Shown here: in pieces, positions 12,504-24,400 of the stretch
Position numbering within the stretch: the stretch's first letter is position 1
Layout: the number at the start of each line of letters is the position of its first letter
Assembly: GCA_010015805.1 (NCBI GenBank)
Contig: ML978122.1
Span: forward strand, 716,453 to 780,452
From: Rhizodiscina lignyota
Lineage: Eukaryota
Reading direction: 5' to 3'
DNA length: 64,000 nucleotides
Program-made: the position numbers and the translations under genes
Notes under the pieces: model-generated
What the model saw: the letters and a program-made list of their open reading frames with translations, nothing else
Told to the model about the DNA's origin: nothing
Databases searched by the model: none

Positions 12504-14756
12504 CAACCGACGCCAGATCCATTCATGCCGTTACTGGACCATCCAGCAGATCCGATACCTGGACAAGCGCATCCCGGGCCGTGAAGTTGACTGTGGACTC
12601 GCGCCTCCGCGACGGCTTGGGCGTGTACGTACTCGGCGCCAATGGGGCAGCGACAATCCAGGCCGTGCATTCGAGTGTGTGCTTCGACCTGTGCTTTTGC
12701 CTGGACGACGGAGCCGCCGGGGCAGTTGCACGTTGGGCCGTGGATTTGGGAGAATACGTTGCAGCGAACAACTTGACTAGGAGGGGACGACACTGCGGGC
12801 GTAGTGGCGGCGAGATGTGGAGTTGGGTGCAGCGAGGCGGGGGCTGGAGACTGTGCGATGCTCTGTGGCTGCATTGGCATGCTTGGGATAGGGCATGCAC
12901 AGCCTGGACCGTGAAGTGGCGTCGTTGTGGGGGCGGCAAAGCTATTGAAAGTATTTTCGATAGGTGCGGGATTCTGATGGCCGCTGTGAGTGAGACAACC
13001 AACGCATTGACAACCATCGCCGCAATGGCAGGTACCAGTCTGATCGTTACAGCCTGGGTAGGTGTAGGACTGTAGGAAGAACGATGATGGTGACAAGGTT
13101 GTTGTCTCTTCGCTGTTGTGTGGGCTATCTTGGTCAAATTGAGCAAGAATACCATTGTGTGCGTCGAAAGTTGTGGATGGGATTGCATGCGGTGAGGTAC
13201 TCCCATTGACCCTCGGGCTTCCGTGGTGACTGGTATTGTGACTGCCATTCGTACCATTAGATGCCGAGCCGGGTCTGATGTGAAAGTTTTCCAACTCTTG
13301 TGTTGGTGTTGGTTGTGGATGCATGAGATTCCGAAGTTGAGGCGGTTGATTCGTTGCCGATTGGAATACCGGGTTATCAAAGTTCCAGGAGCCATTTTGG
13401 TTGATGTATGACATTCCTGTTGGATCCTCATGAGATGTGAGTTCGTAGTAGTATTTCACATACTCGGTCGTTGCTTTATTCTTAGGGTGCACTTGACACG
13501 CAAAGCAGGCACAGTTATCACCGCAACTACAGGAGGGCTCGGGCTCGGGCTCGGGCTCAGATGTTGCATTCAATCCACCAAATGTCGAAACTCCAGAGGC
13601 CGTGATATAGTTTGCGTTGCCTGTCTGAGGGAACGCAGCGGTTGACTCCATGCTGAATTGTGGAATAGGGTGTAACGATTGCGCTTGATTCTCAATTCCT
13701 GACATTTGCGATTGGATGACTCGTTGAAAAATGTGTGGCCCGCGTACCATGCGGTAATCTCCATGACTTCCATTGATAGGAGTATTGTTCGTGTGGTGTG
13801 TTTGAGCTTGTTCCGTAGATTCGCTCGAAGGAGGGATATTGCTGGTTCGAGATGTTGATCGATCTGCGCTTGGCCGAGAAACAGCGGCGCCAGTATGGTT
13901 CTCGGGGGTGGAAAGGTGTCGAGATACCCCGTTCACCTCAAAGGGTAAGTGAGTGACATCGGGATATGCTTCGTTCCAGCCAATCTCGTCAGTCGCCCGG
14001 TAACCACCGATGCCAAACATGCCCAGACGCAATTGAGCTCTGGGGTCGGCTTGAGAGGGTTGAGCATTGGGAGTTGTAGATCCATTACCGACATTCTGGG
14101 CACTGGCTCCAGTAGATCCACTATGGGAGCCATCGGCTTGCGGCGCTGGTCCGCCGCAGCAAGACTTGGGCTCGAGAGTATTCTCAGCTTCTTCGATGGT
14201 AGATCCATTGACCATCTGAGAAATGCTGGCAGGGGTTCCGTTCAGAGCTTTCTCCACAGTTGATGGAGTGACGCTACTGCCTGGTTTCCGGGCCTTGCCC
14301 TTCTGGACTCGATTTGGACCACTGGCCTGGGGGGAAGAACAGTCGCAATCATTATTTGCTATGCCACGTTAATAAGACTCGAAAGTGATGACGAAAGGAT
14401 TATACATACTCTTGGGGATTGCATAGTTGACCACAACTCTTTCGCAGCTGCAAGAGCCTACTGGGTGAGGGCAAGCACTGAGAGGCCTGCCTGGTTTTCG
14501 AACCTCGACCAGTACACGATCTTTGTGGGTGCACTTCGAAGACCTGTGGCCGCGAATACATGGACCGCTGCAGCTGTGATTAGTAACACTGAACAGCTAG
14601 GTTCGCAGCAAGATGAAGCGGAAGGCCAGAGACGAGCTGAGGGTAGAAGATGGCTGTGTGCAGCGAAAGAAAGTGTGAAGGGCAAGTGCGCGGATTCCTG
14701 TGTCACTTACCACGCGACCTTCTTCTTCTCGCCGTTGATCTCGATCTCCGGCATGT
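12503..14756 (-). CDS. Copper-fist DNA-binding transcription factor (Mac1/Cuf1/Ace1 family), 3 exons
   Basis: Spliced N-terminus MPEIEINGEKKKVAC/GPCIRGHRSSKCTHKDRVLVEVRKPGRPLSACPH is a copper fist with RGHR and GRP. Cys-rich motifs CSCGDNCACFACQVHP and CHCGDGCQCVGCLTH lie in the large last exon. Confidence 0.9.
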
Positions 14757-15903
14757 TTGCTGTCTGCTAGAGAAGATGCGGGTAACATCAGCGTCGGCTC
14801 GGCAAAATCCTGCCATATCGTGAGCGGTGAGCTATCAGCATCAATCGATGCAGCACGCATGCGAGTTGAGCAAGGTCCAAAGAGCGGGAGCAAGAGTTCA
14901 AGAGCGCAAGTAGACGGGAGGATTCAAAGTCAAAAGGTGAGGGAGCGTCGCAGGAGATGACACACATTGGTTTGCGCACGCCTTAACGCATCGGCTGCGA
15001 CGCAAGCGCGAACAGATGAGCCTCTCCTCGAACCGAAGAACTGGATACGCGACGGCTGGCTGACAATTCCAAGGGTTTGTTACTTGGTTAATGGCAGCGC
15101 AGTGCTGGAGTAGTTCCCCTCCCACGCTCTTGTTGGTGCGATGAGTGAATATGAGCAAGTTTTCTGGCGACCGCTGTAAGCGTGTCGAGCAAACGGGGAG
15201 CGGCGTCCGGTCAAATATTGCGAGGCCAAGGTTTGCTGCGAGGTAACACGCAGTGTTCTCAGCTGGAGGCGCACGGGAACCGCCTTCCAAGTGCCGAGAG
15301 GAGGTTGTACAGGAGAGAGTGGTGAGGTTGAGAGAGGAGAGTTCAAGACGCTCGGGGCAGTGGCATGCAAGAAACGGGCGCAGGGGGCGCTAACGGGTGC
15401 TGGAAGAGGTTAGCGCGTCCATGCCCTGCAGCGGCAGCCGCATCGATCTTTGGATTTGGCGGGGCGCCCAGACCGTCATGCCACCAAGTGCCACGCCATA
15501 TCAGAAATAATTCTGGTCCATCTATCTCCGCGCTCTTCGATAGACCTTTCAGTTGTCCTCTGCACGTTGTTTTCAATGCTCAGGCCAAAAGTCGAGGTTC
15601 GCGTGATCCCGTGACTCGACTTCTCCGCTGACACTGACTCGGGAGGCCGGCTCAAATCTGCGGCAGAGGCGGTTATTGGACTTCAACTCCTCCGATATTG
15701 CTTCTTTCTGTAGACATCGAAATCCTTCTGAAACAGGGTGTTGTCCCCTTTCGATCCGCTCCAATCGCCCTCGTTGCGGTCCCAAGAAGCGGCTATCTGG
15801 GATAACACTACGCGCCCGTTGGGAAGCGTTTCCGCTAAGACTGCTTACCCGTTTCATCTGTTTGGTGTCCACGCGAGCCTTGTACGTTGCTTTAATTTGA
15901 AGC

Positions 15904-16957
15904 ATGGCAGATGTCAAGGGGCAAGAGAACGGCGATGATGCATATGATATGTTCCAAGAGCCAGAGGACTTCTACCAGGCGCCAAAGGAGCCAACATTTG
16001 CCGAGCACAAACTCCTGTCAGGCAAAGCACTCAAAGTCCGCCTTGTCGGACACAATCCGCTGTGGGTAAGATGAAACAGTATTGCTGTCGATCAGATAAC
16101 GCAATGCTCCATGTCAATTTAAGCTTTCTCGTCCCGTCGTTCACCCATGCGTTCGTTTCAATCAAGTCAGACTCGAAAGAGTATCTCAATTACCTAGTTC
16201 GGCAGAATGTCTAACTCTATCAGGGACATTATCTTTGGAATGCCGGTCGAACTCTTGCAACATATCTCGAGGAACATTCCGAAAAGCTAGTAAAGGGCCG
16301 CTCAGTCCTTGAGCTTGGAGCAGGTGGTGGTCTCCCCAGTCTAGTGGCCGCTCTAAACGGCGCCTCGACAGTTGTCGTAACCGATTACCCTGACCCCGAA
16401 CTCATCGAAAATCTGGCGTACAATATCGAAGCGAATTCAGCCGTACGAGCTAAAGGCAATATCTCCGCAGAGGCAAGGAATGCTCCATACTTCTCAGCCG
16501 GATGTTCACTGACTCATGTAGGGCTACCTCTGGGGCTCACAGGTAAAGGCGCTCTTCTCCTATTTGATATCGGACGAGACAGAGTCGACGACCTATGCAG
16601 ATGGTTTTGATACTCTGATACTTGGAGACTTGCTCTTCAATCATTCCGAACACTCAAAGCTGGTCGATACCATCCTCATGTCTATGAAGCGATCAGCCAA
16701 TTCAGTCGCGCTGGTATTCTTTACACCTTACCGTCCATGGCTATTACAGAAAGACCTTGCGTTCTTTGACCTCGCCCGTGACGCAGGCTTTGACGTACAG
16801 AAAGTCTTCGAGAAGGTCATGGACAAGGTGATGTTCGAAGAAGATCCAGGGGCAAGTGGCTTGATATGCAATGTGATGGTATCGCGCTAATACAAGCTGA
16901 CAGGATGAATTACTCCGCCGTACTGTCTATGGCTACGAGCTCCGGTGGAAGACTTGA
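15904..16957 (+). CDS. NNT1: SAM-dependent protein N-terminal/lysine methyltransferase Efm7 (Nnt1), 4 exons
   Basis: [78 protein letters not shown] and [21 protein letters not shown]. Introns are 16066-16223, 16473-16521 (GC-AG) and 16852-16903 (GC-AG). Confidence 0.9.
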
Positions 16958-18054
16958 AATGTGCCTGCGAAAAGAAGCTCCCCGTTCCAAACCTGGGTGT
17001 CATGGCCGCGCGATACGCGAACGAAATCCTCCACGAACTCCAATATCTACAACGTGTACCGGGGCCGAAGTGCATTGCGTATTATTACAAGTTGCTTCTG
17101 AGGTGTACCATTTCACAGTCAAGGTTCGCCATACTACTCCGCGGAATTGTGTCGCGGAGATGGAACGGATCTCGGCTTGGGGTCGCTCAAGTTTGATTGC
17201 GTTGGCATCTTGGCGGGCGAAGTCGAGGCGTGAGTTGAGCAGAACAAGACGATGGAGATCGATAAGGGTGTGGAGGGGTTTCGCGAAATTGAACCGAATG
17301 GTGTAAGAGCTGTGGTGCCTCAAGCTTCGGTTTAAGAAGTGCGATATCTCCTATTACAAGTAGTATTAATGATTTCCTTCCCTCTGATCGCTGGTTCGTC
17401 ATCTACGCTGTTAAAATTCAATTCCATTGGGAATGACTCTATGGGAAGATGCTTAGGCGGTGGGCTAGGGATAGTGATGCGCATAGAATTGAAATAAACT
17501 TGTGTAAGTTGATTGGCGATAGCTTGAATCATGGAATCCTGCTAATGATGGAATGCGATCGCTGAGCTACTCAGGGGATGAAGAGAGTTGCTTAAAACGC
17601 ATCCTAACTTCTTTAGTCAGTAGGCGTGAATGCCATAATGCCAGAGCTGAAACTCTAATCGGTACAGATGCAATGAACGTTTGATGTTGACAGATGTTGT
17701 ACAAAGAATGCAAAATTGAGCTCGGCTCCTGACTCACCAGCAAAGGCACCTTCCGAAAACGGCATAAACCCCCGACGCCGAGTGCCCCGCAATATGGAGA
17801 TCCTCAAGATACAAGACGACAGAGTCAGACGTGCATTCATTTCAAAGCCCAGTCTGCTTGAATCCCGGGAGAGTAGCGGTCCTGATTCAGAAATTGGTTC
17901 TTCGCCAAAGATCCATCCGGCCGTGAGTAATCTTGATCGTCAATTGGAAGCCGTATTTATTGACGGCGCTCGTCACCGGTAGAGCGAGGACATTTTCACT
18001 GCATTTTCTCCCACCCTTTTTCTTGACATCAATTGCCACAATTTATTACTCAAT

Positions 18055-19260
18055 ATGTCTACAACTACGGGCTCGTCTCGATGCCGTATCCGCCAACTCC
18101 TCCCCAACCTTCATCTCGGGGACCATCCCACTGGAAAACTCAACTCGATTACCGATGTTCCTGGAGTCCTCGTCCACACCAAGTCCATTCACAGTGCGCC
18201 GTCAGCACCTGAAGGTCACATTAATACCGGAGTGACAACCATACTCCCACGAAAGGACTTCTTCAAATCAGCCTGCTATGCTGGAATATTCCGCTTTAAT
18301 GGTAGTGGCGAACTGACAGGGTCACACTGGATCGAAGAGACGGGATTGCTACACTGCCCTGTCGTTTTGACAAATAGCTTCAGTGTGGGTGCAGCATACA
18401 CCGGGATATATGAGTACTGCGTACGTGAATATAGTTCAGAGGATGGGGAGGTGGATTGGTTCATGCTGCCCGTCGTCGGGGAGACTTTCGATGGGTATCT
18501 GAATGATATCGGCAAGTTTGCAGTTACCTCGAAGGACATTGTGGAAGGAATCGAGAAGGCATCAAGCGACAGGGTTGAAGAGGGGAATACCGGCGGCGGA
18601 ACTGGCATGATGTGCCATGGATTCAAGGGCGGCACTGGGAGTGCAAGTCGGCTAGTGAAAGGAAAGATCGGGCGTCCAGATGGATCTCTTGAAGACACTC
18701 AGTATACAGTCGGGACTCTGGTGCAGGCGAATTATGGGAAGAAGCCGGACTTGAGGATTTCAGGTATACCAGTTGGCAGGATTCTAGAGAAGCAAGACAA
18801 GACGCCGGAGCAAGAAGCCCAAGATATTGCCATTCGAGAAGCGAAGGACAAGAAAGATGGAAGCATTATCGTAGTAATCGCAACAGATGCTCCACTGCAT
18901 CCTCTACAGCTGCAGAGACTAGCGAAAAGAGCAACGGTCGGTCTTGCGCGGGTTGGCGGACAAGGTCACAACCCATCCGGCGACATCTTCCTGGCGTTCT
19001 CCACTGCGAAAGAAGTCCCTGTGCAGAGTGTCGGGGCATCTCATCGTGCTGTGGATCCTTGGATACCATCTACGTTCAACATTGATGTCGTCGATGACAA
19101 CACCATCAACAGCCTCTTTGTGGCAGTGGCAGAAGTTGTTGAAGAGGCTATATACAATGCGCTGTGCATGGCTGAGAACATGGTGGGGCTTCGAGATCGA
19201 AAAGTTGACGCACTGGATCTGGAAAAGGTGCGCGAAATCGTTGGGCGCTATGAGATGTGA
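18055..19260 (+). CDS. DmpA/peptidase family S58 (L-aminopeptidase/D-esterase, self-processing), intronless
   Basis: NSITDVPGVLVH, NTGVTTILPR, FNGSGELTGSHWIEETG, PVVGETFDGYLND, EEGNTGGGTGMMCHGFKGGTGSASR, autocleavage G|S in KKDGSIIVVIATDAP, and SGDIFLAFST. Confidence 0.93.
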   Translation: MSTTTGSSRCRIRQLLPNLHLGDHPTGKLNSITDVPGVLVHTKSIHSAPSAPEGHINTGVTTILPRKDFFKSACYAGIFRFNGSGELTGSHWIEETGLLHCPVVLTNSFSVGAAYTGIYEYCVREYSSEDGEVDWFMLPVVGETFDGYLNDIGKFAVTSKDIVEGIEKASSDRVEEGNTGGGTGMMCHGFKGGTGSASRLVKGKIGRPDGSLEDTQYTVGTLVQANYGKKPDLRISGIPVGRILEKQDKTPEQEAQDIAIREAKDKKDGSIIVVIATDAPLHPLQLQRLAKRATVGLARVGGQGHNPSGDIFLAFSTAKEVPVQSVGASHRAVDPWIPSTFNIDVVDDNTINSLFVAVAEVVEEAIYNALCMAENMVGLRDRKVDALDLEKVREIVGRYEM

Positions 19261-19524
19261 AGGGTTATTTTGAATTGTGGACGCAGCGTCGGAGTAGATG
19301 TCACAATCCATCGAGGCCAGCATTTTCTGCTGCGCTTTTACACACGCCATTCAGCGATTTGGATGATTGGGGTCAAACGTTGAGCTAGCAAATTAGTATC
19401 TTCTAAAGCTATAGACAGTCTAATCTGCTCAAGGGACAGTTGTCCCTGTTTCTCCGACAGTATCAGTCCCATTGAAGAACCCACACAGCACACCTGATCC
19501 TCATTTCACTGTTCACATATCTTC

Positions 19525-21067
19525 TCAGCGTCGAGATAGAGCTTTTAAATGTCCAAATTTCTCTCGGAAGAACCACGATGCAATCGTCAAGCCTGTAATT
19601 GGAACCGCAAATACCCAGTACAGCCAAAAGTTTTGCGAAACCGACCATTGTGCAGGCTGTTCCGCTGTCCCTGGACTGAAACTGAAGAAGCTCATACTGA
19701 ACAAAGTCTTATTTGGCCGTCAGCATTGATACTTCACTTCCGAAATCATCAAAACCTACTGCAATGAAAGTAGCAGGCAAGAACGACATTGTCACGACCG
19801 CGATGACCTTCATTGCCGAACTGTCACTTTGCGCTGCCTTTCCCAAATTATGCATTACTTGACTGTCTCGCTGGGCGATCAAGTCATGTGCCTGGAGTGT
19901 CGTTAGTATTTACTGTTTCCAACCGATTGGGGAGGCTTGCCAGTGAGATCTCATTGTGTAGCCTGTCCTTGTTTGATTCTGAACGCATCATCAGTGCACG
20001 AAGCATCTCAACCTGAAATTCCAGACTGTCATGGACTTTCTTATGTTCCCGTGTCTCTTGGCTATCGGGATGTTTCAACTCGGCATCCTTGAAAAGTCCG
20101 AAGCATTCCCGTTGCATTCGCTCAAGCCCAGTGATTGTCACTTTGAGGGTCTCGGATGAATGGATCGCATGCCTGCTTGCCTCATGCAGTGTCAAGAACT
20201 GGTTTCCTCCTGTTACAGACACAATTCGGTTCTATCGCACTTCAGTATCGTTGGGAAATAACTTAATCAACAGATCTCGACGTACCTCCTCAACCGCTCT
20301 GACGACGTCTCGTATAGCCCATATAGATTGATCATAGAGATTCAGAATCGTTTCGATAACAGGGAGATACAGCGAGAATGGCGTAGAAGTTGTTTCACTT
20401 CTCCAGTTTGCTTGCGACAGTAGTATGCTCGGCAAATCTATTGTGGATGGCAATCCGATGCACAGAATGCGGTGTTGGTTTGGTGTCCAGTATGAAAACA
20501 AGGTCAGTTGCTGCCAAACATATTGCGTATTGGAGATGTTGTGGAAACTGATCATCTTTATCTGGCAACGGAACCAGGATCCTGTCCATATTTCAGTGTG
20601 ACTGTGCACCATCATTTACATGCAGCTGTCCTTACTATGAAGATTGAGGCGCCCCTTCTCATTGCGTTCCTCATCGAATCCAAAGAAGCCATTGGATTGC
20701 TGATACAGACTCGTATAAAGCAATTCGGGTATGCAGAAGAATCGGCGGAGGTCATCAGGAAACTGGTTTGGGATCGAGAAGATGTCCTGAACAATCAAGC
20801 TGTTCCACCATTAATTATACGCGTATAAATGCGGAACTGATATTGCTTCGTACAAGTACTGAACTGGAGAGGCTGAAGCTGTCTGTATTTGATATAGCAT
20901 TCAGTGTTTCATTCCTTCGGAATTTACGTTCTTTAGCGTACCTGCGCTTCATGGATGTCGATTGCAGTCTTTATCCATGTTCCGGATACTATGGGACTTA
21001 ATAAAATCCTCGCATGGGACACATTACAAGCCTTACAAGAACGCTGCAACAAGGTTGCGGATGCCAT
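19525..21067 (-). CDS. Fungal CorA-like transmembrane-domain protein, multi-exon (5' exons tentative)
   Basis: Exons encode SNGFFG, SWFRCQIK, LYDQSIWAIRDVVRAVEE, LHEASRHAIHSSETL and RLHNEISL, then a CorA-type two-TM tail DSSAMKVIAVVTMSFLPATFIA/TLFSMSFF...FWLYWVFAVPITGLTIASW. Stop at 19525. ATG 21067 was obtained by joining plausible GT-AG introns. Confidence 0.75.
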
Positions 21068-21408
21068 TCGGCAGAGGCAGCGACTCAGAGGGAAGCAAAC
21101 ACCAAATTAGCAACTTCTAGATATAGAGCTATATTTGATCTAGAAATGCTGACCAAAACCATAAGGAAACAATTGAGATATGGCGAGGCTCCATGAAAAT
21201 GAGCGAGGCTGGGTTTCACGGGGCTGCGCCAAACCAGCCTGTGGGTGGCGCTGTTGTTCAACACCACCCATGTTCGGCGTCTCGTGCTGTCACCTCGCAA
21301 GGCTGAGCAATGACAGCTTCAGAGCCTCAACCCATCTTCAGAATAATTCGAAACGAGATCAGCAAGCTACCACACTGACAAACACTTCGACGGCCCTCAG
21401 CTTCATCG

Positions 21409-24400
21409 ATGAGTCTCCAACAGGAGCGAGTTCCTATCTCTGCGGAAGCATACCAGATAGGATGGGTGTCCGCACTGCCACTCGAACTGGAGGCAGCGAA
21501 GAGAATGCTTGATGAAGAGCATGAAAACAAGATCCCTCAAAGCAGACACGACCACAACGTATACACGCTCGGCAGGATCGGTCCTCACAATGTTGTTCTC
21601 GTCTGCTTGCCAAGCGGTCGAATGGGTACGAACAGCGCGGCAGCTGTGGGCCGAGACATGATCTCAACATTCCCTGCTCTCCGATTCATACTCATGGTCG
21701 GCATTGGCGGCGGTGTTCCGAGCGAAATGGCGGATGTGAGACTTGGAGACGTTGTTGTCGGTCGACCACAACAAGGATACGGCGGAGTAGTGCAATACGA
21801 TTTCGGGAAGGCTAGGCCAGACAGATTTGAGCATACCGGCCATCTCAACGCCCCGCCATCGATCTTGCTTAGTGCGATCTCGAAACTGCAAGCAGACAAG
21901 ACAAATACCACGAACGAGTTTGCTAAATATCTTTCACCTTCCATTCACACGCGCGACGAAGCCGGGCCGGATCTCTTGTTTGAGGCAAGCTACAACCATG
22001 AAAACGTGGAGGAGGACCATTGTGAATCCTGCAGCACACAGAGATTGGTGAAACGGAACGAAAGAAGGGTGGGAGAGAAGACCATCATCCACTATGGACT
22101 CATTGCATCCGGCAATGAAGTGATGAGATCAGGCGTGGAGCGTGATCGGATCAACAAGGAGTTCCATGGTGGTGTGCTCTGCTTCGAGATGGAAGCGGCA
22201 GGGCTAATGAACAACTTTCCATGTCTCGTAGTCCGGGGCATCTGCGACTACTCCGACTCGCATAAAACAAAGAACTGGCAGAAGTTTGCGGCAGCGACAG
22301 CAGCAGCACATGCGACGAGGCTTCTCCTTCTTGTCCCTCCGGCCGACATTAGCTCTGTGCGTACTATAGCTGAACGCAGAAACGATCTTCTCTTGACTCT
22401 CTACACGTGTCCCTATGAGGACCGTAAGAACAGGAATGCAGAGCGAACGCCAAGGACCTGTGAATGGTTCACCAACCACCCGCTCTTCCAAGGATGGAAA
22501 AGTGATACGCAGTCGTCGACGCTGCTCTGGGTCTCTGCGGATCCAGGTTGCGGAAAATCAGTGCTGGTAAAGTACTTGGTCGACCACGTTCTCAGCAACA
22601 CACCTGAGAGGACGACATGCTACTTTTTTTTCAAAGATGACTTCGAGGACCAGAGGACCGCTGCATACGCTCTTTGTGCGCTACTTCGTCAACTCTTTAT
22701 TGCACGGCCATATCTCATGACGGAGCAGATCCTCGACGTGATCGACAGAGATGGCAGGCATCTTATAGAGTCATTCCGTCGTTTATGGGAAATTTTTGAG
22801 GACGTGGCTAGTAATACGGAAGTCGGAGAAATTGTTTGCATTTTAGACGCTCTGGATGAGTGCCGCAGTAACGACCAAGCCGCGCTTGTTCAAACGCTGG
22901 AGCACTTCTACTTGTCACCACCAAAGCATACCAAGCTGAAATTTTTATTGACAAGTCGTCCGTACGGCAACTTGGTGGAAGAATTTCACGGCCTCGAACG
23001 TCGCCATCCTACCATACACCTCAAGGGCGAAGGGAACGAGGAGGTCCAGCAAATTTCGCAAGAAATTGACCTTGTGCTTCAAGCAAGAATTGACGAAATA
23101 GGTCGTCGGAAATCCCTGAAGTCAGATGAACGCCAATTTCTAAAGGAACAGTTTTCCAGTGTTTCGAATCGGACTTACCTCTGGGCCACACTGGCTTTGG
23201 ACGTTGTCCAGAACAATACCGGATTCACCAAAGGTGAAGTTCGGAGAGCGATACGAAGGCTACCTCAAACGGTGGACGAGGCTTACGATAGGATACTTAA
23301 CAGAAGTTCTAATGAGAAAAGGGCTAAGATCCTTTTACACATCGTTACCGCAGCTGTACGCCCATTGTCTGTCAAAGAGATGTCCGCCGCAATCGCCATT
23401 GACGGTATTCCTAAATCCGAGGCCGAACTACTGGAAGTTATAGAACCAGAACATCGATTCCGAATCACACTTCGAGATATTTGCGGCCTCTTTGTGATTG
23501 TCGTAGACGAGAAGGTATACTTGTTACGCCAAACTGCGAGGGAGTTTTTAGTCAAAGGATCAGAATCAATCGGTAATCCCGAGACTCACCTTAGCTGGAA
23601 GCATTCTTTACGACATTCCGATTCACACAGAATCCTAGCGGAACGTTGCATTTGGTATCTCACTTCAGATATCACGAACATGACCGATAAAAGCATTGAC
23701 CTTGAAGCTTCTGTAACCGCCTTCTTCAAATACTCTGCTGACCATTGGACGATACATTTCCGTGCTGGGTGTGCACACGAGGATGAGGAGCTCACTCGGC
23801 TGGCACTGGATCTCTGCACTCCAAGCTTACCCAAGTGCAAGGAATGGCTCTATTCCAGTGTTGAATCTTCGGAATCGCTGGGGATTGATCTGTCTTCATG
23901 TCTTAATATTGCTTCATATTTTGGACTTGAGGCCGTCGTCAAGGTCCTTCTCGATGATAGGCATGGCATAATGCTCACAGGGCCCGTCAAGAAACCACGG
24001 CCTGGAGTTTCTGCGAAATACCGCCTTGCCTTGAAAGCTGGCAAGCTCGGTACCCACTCGGCTACTGTTTCAATGACTCAAGCGTTTCAAATAGCTGCAC
24101 GCATGGGAAACCACCGTGTCGTCAAGCTCTTGCTTCAGACCAGGAAAGTAGCAGTTGACGCGAAGTCCTCTCATCTTGAAGGCACCATACTGTGGCCCAG
24201 TGCAACCCGTGGGGAGGATAAGATCGTGGACCTCTTAATCCGAGCTGGTGCAGATGTCAATTCAAATGGTGCGGGTGATTCCACACCCTTATTAGGTGCT
24301 GCCGAGCAAGGCTACGATAAGATCGTGGACATCTTAATCCGAGCAGGTGTAGATGTCAATTTAAAGAATACGGATGATATCACGCCCTTATGGTACGCTG

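Noticed and set aside
12523..13431. 302-aa alternative-frame ORF and the many antisense ORFs over real genes
   Set aside because: These are shadow frames of GC-rich coding sequence with no recognisable motifs.
17544..17650. Possible box C/D snoRNA
   Set aside because: The C box is imperfect (ATGATGG), there is no terminal stem, and no rRNA guide could be identified.
21409..21470. N-terminal amyloid signalling motif on the NLR
   Set aside because: The PNP domain starts within about 15 residues and there is no G/N/Q-rich motif.
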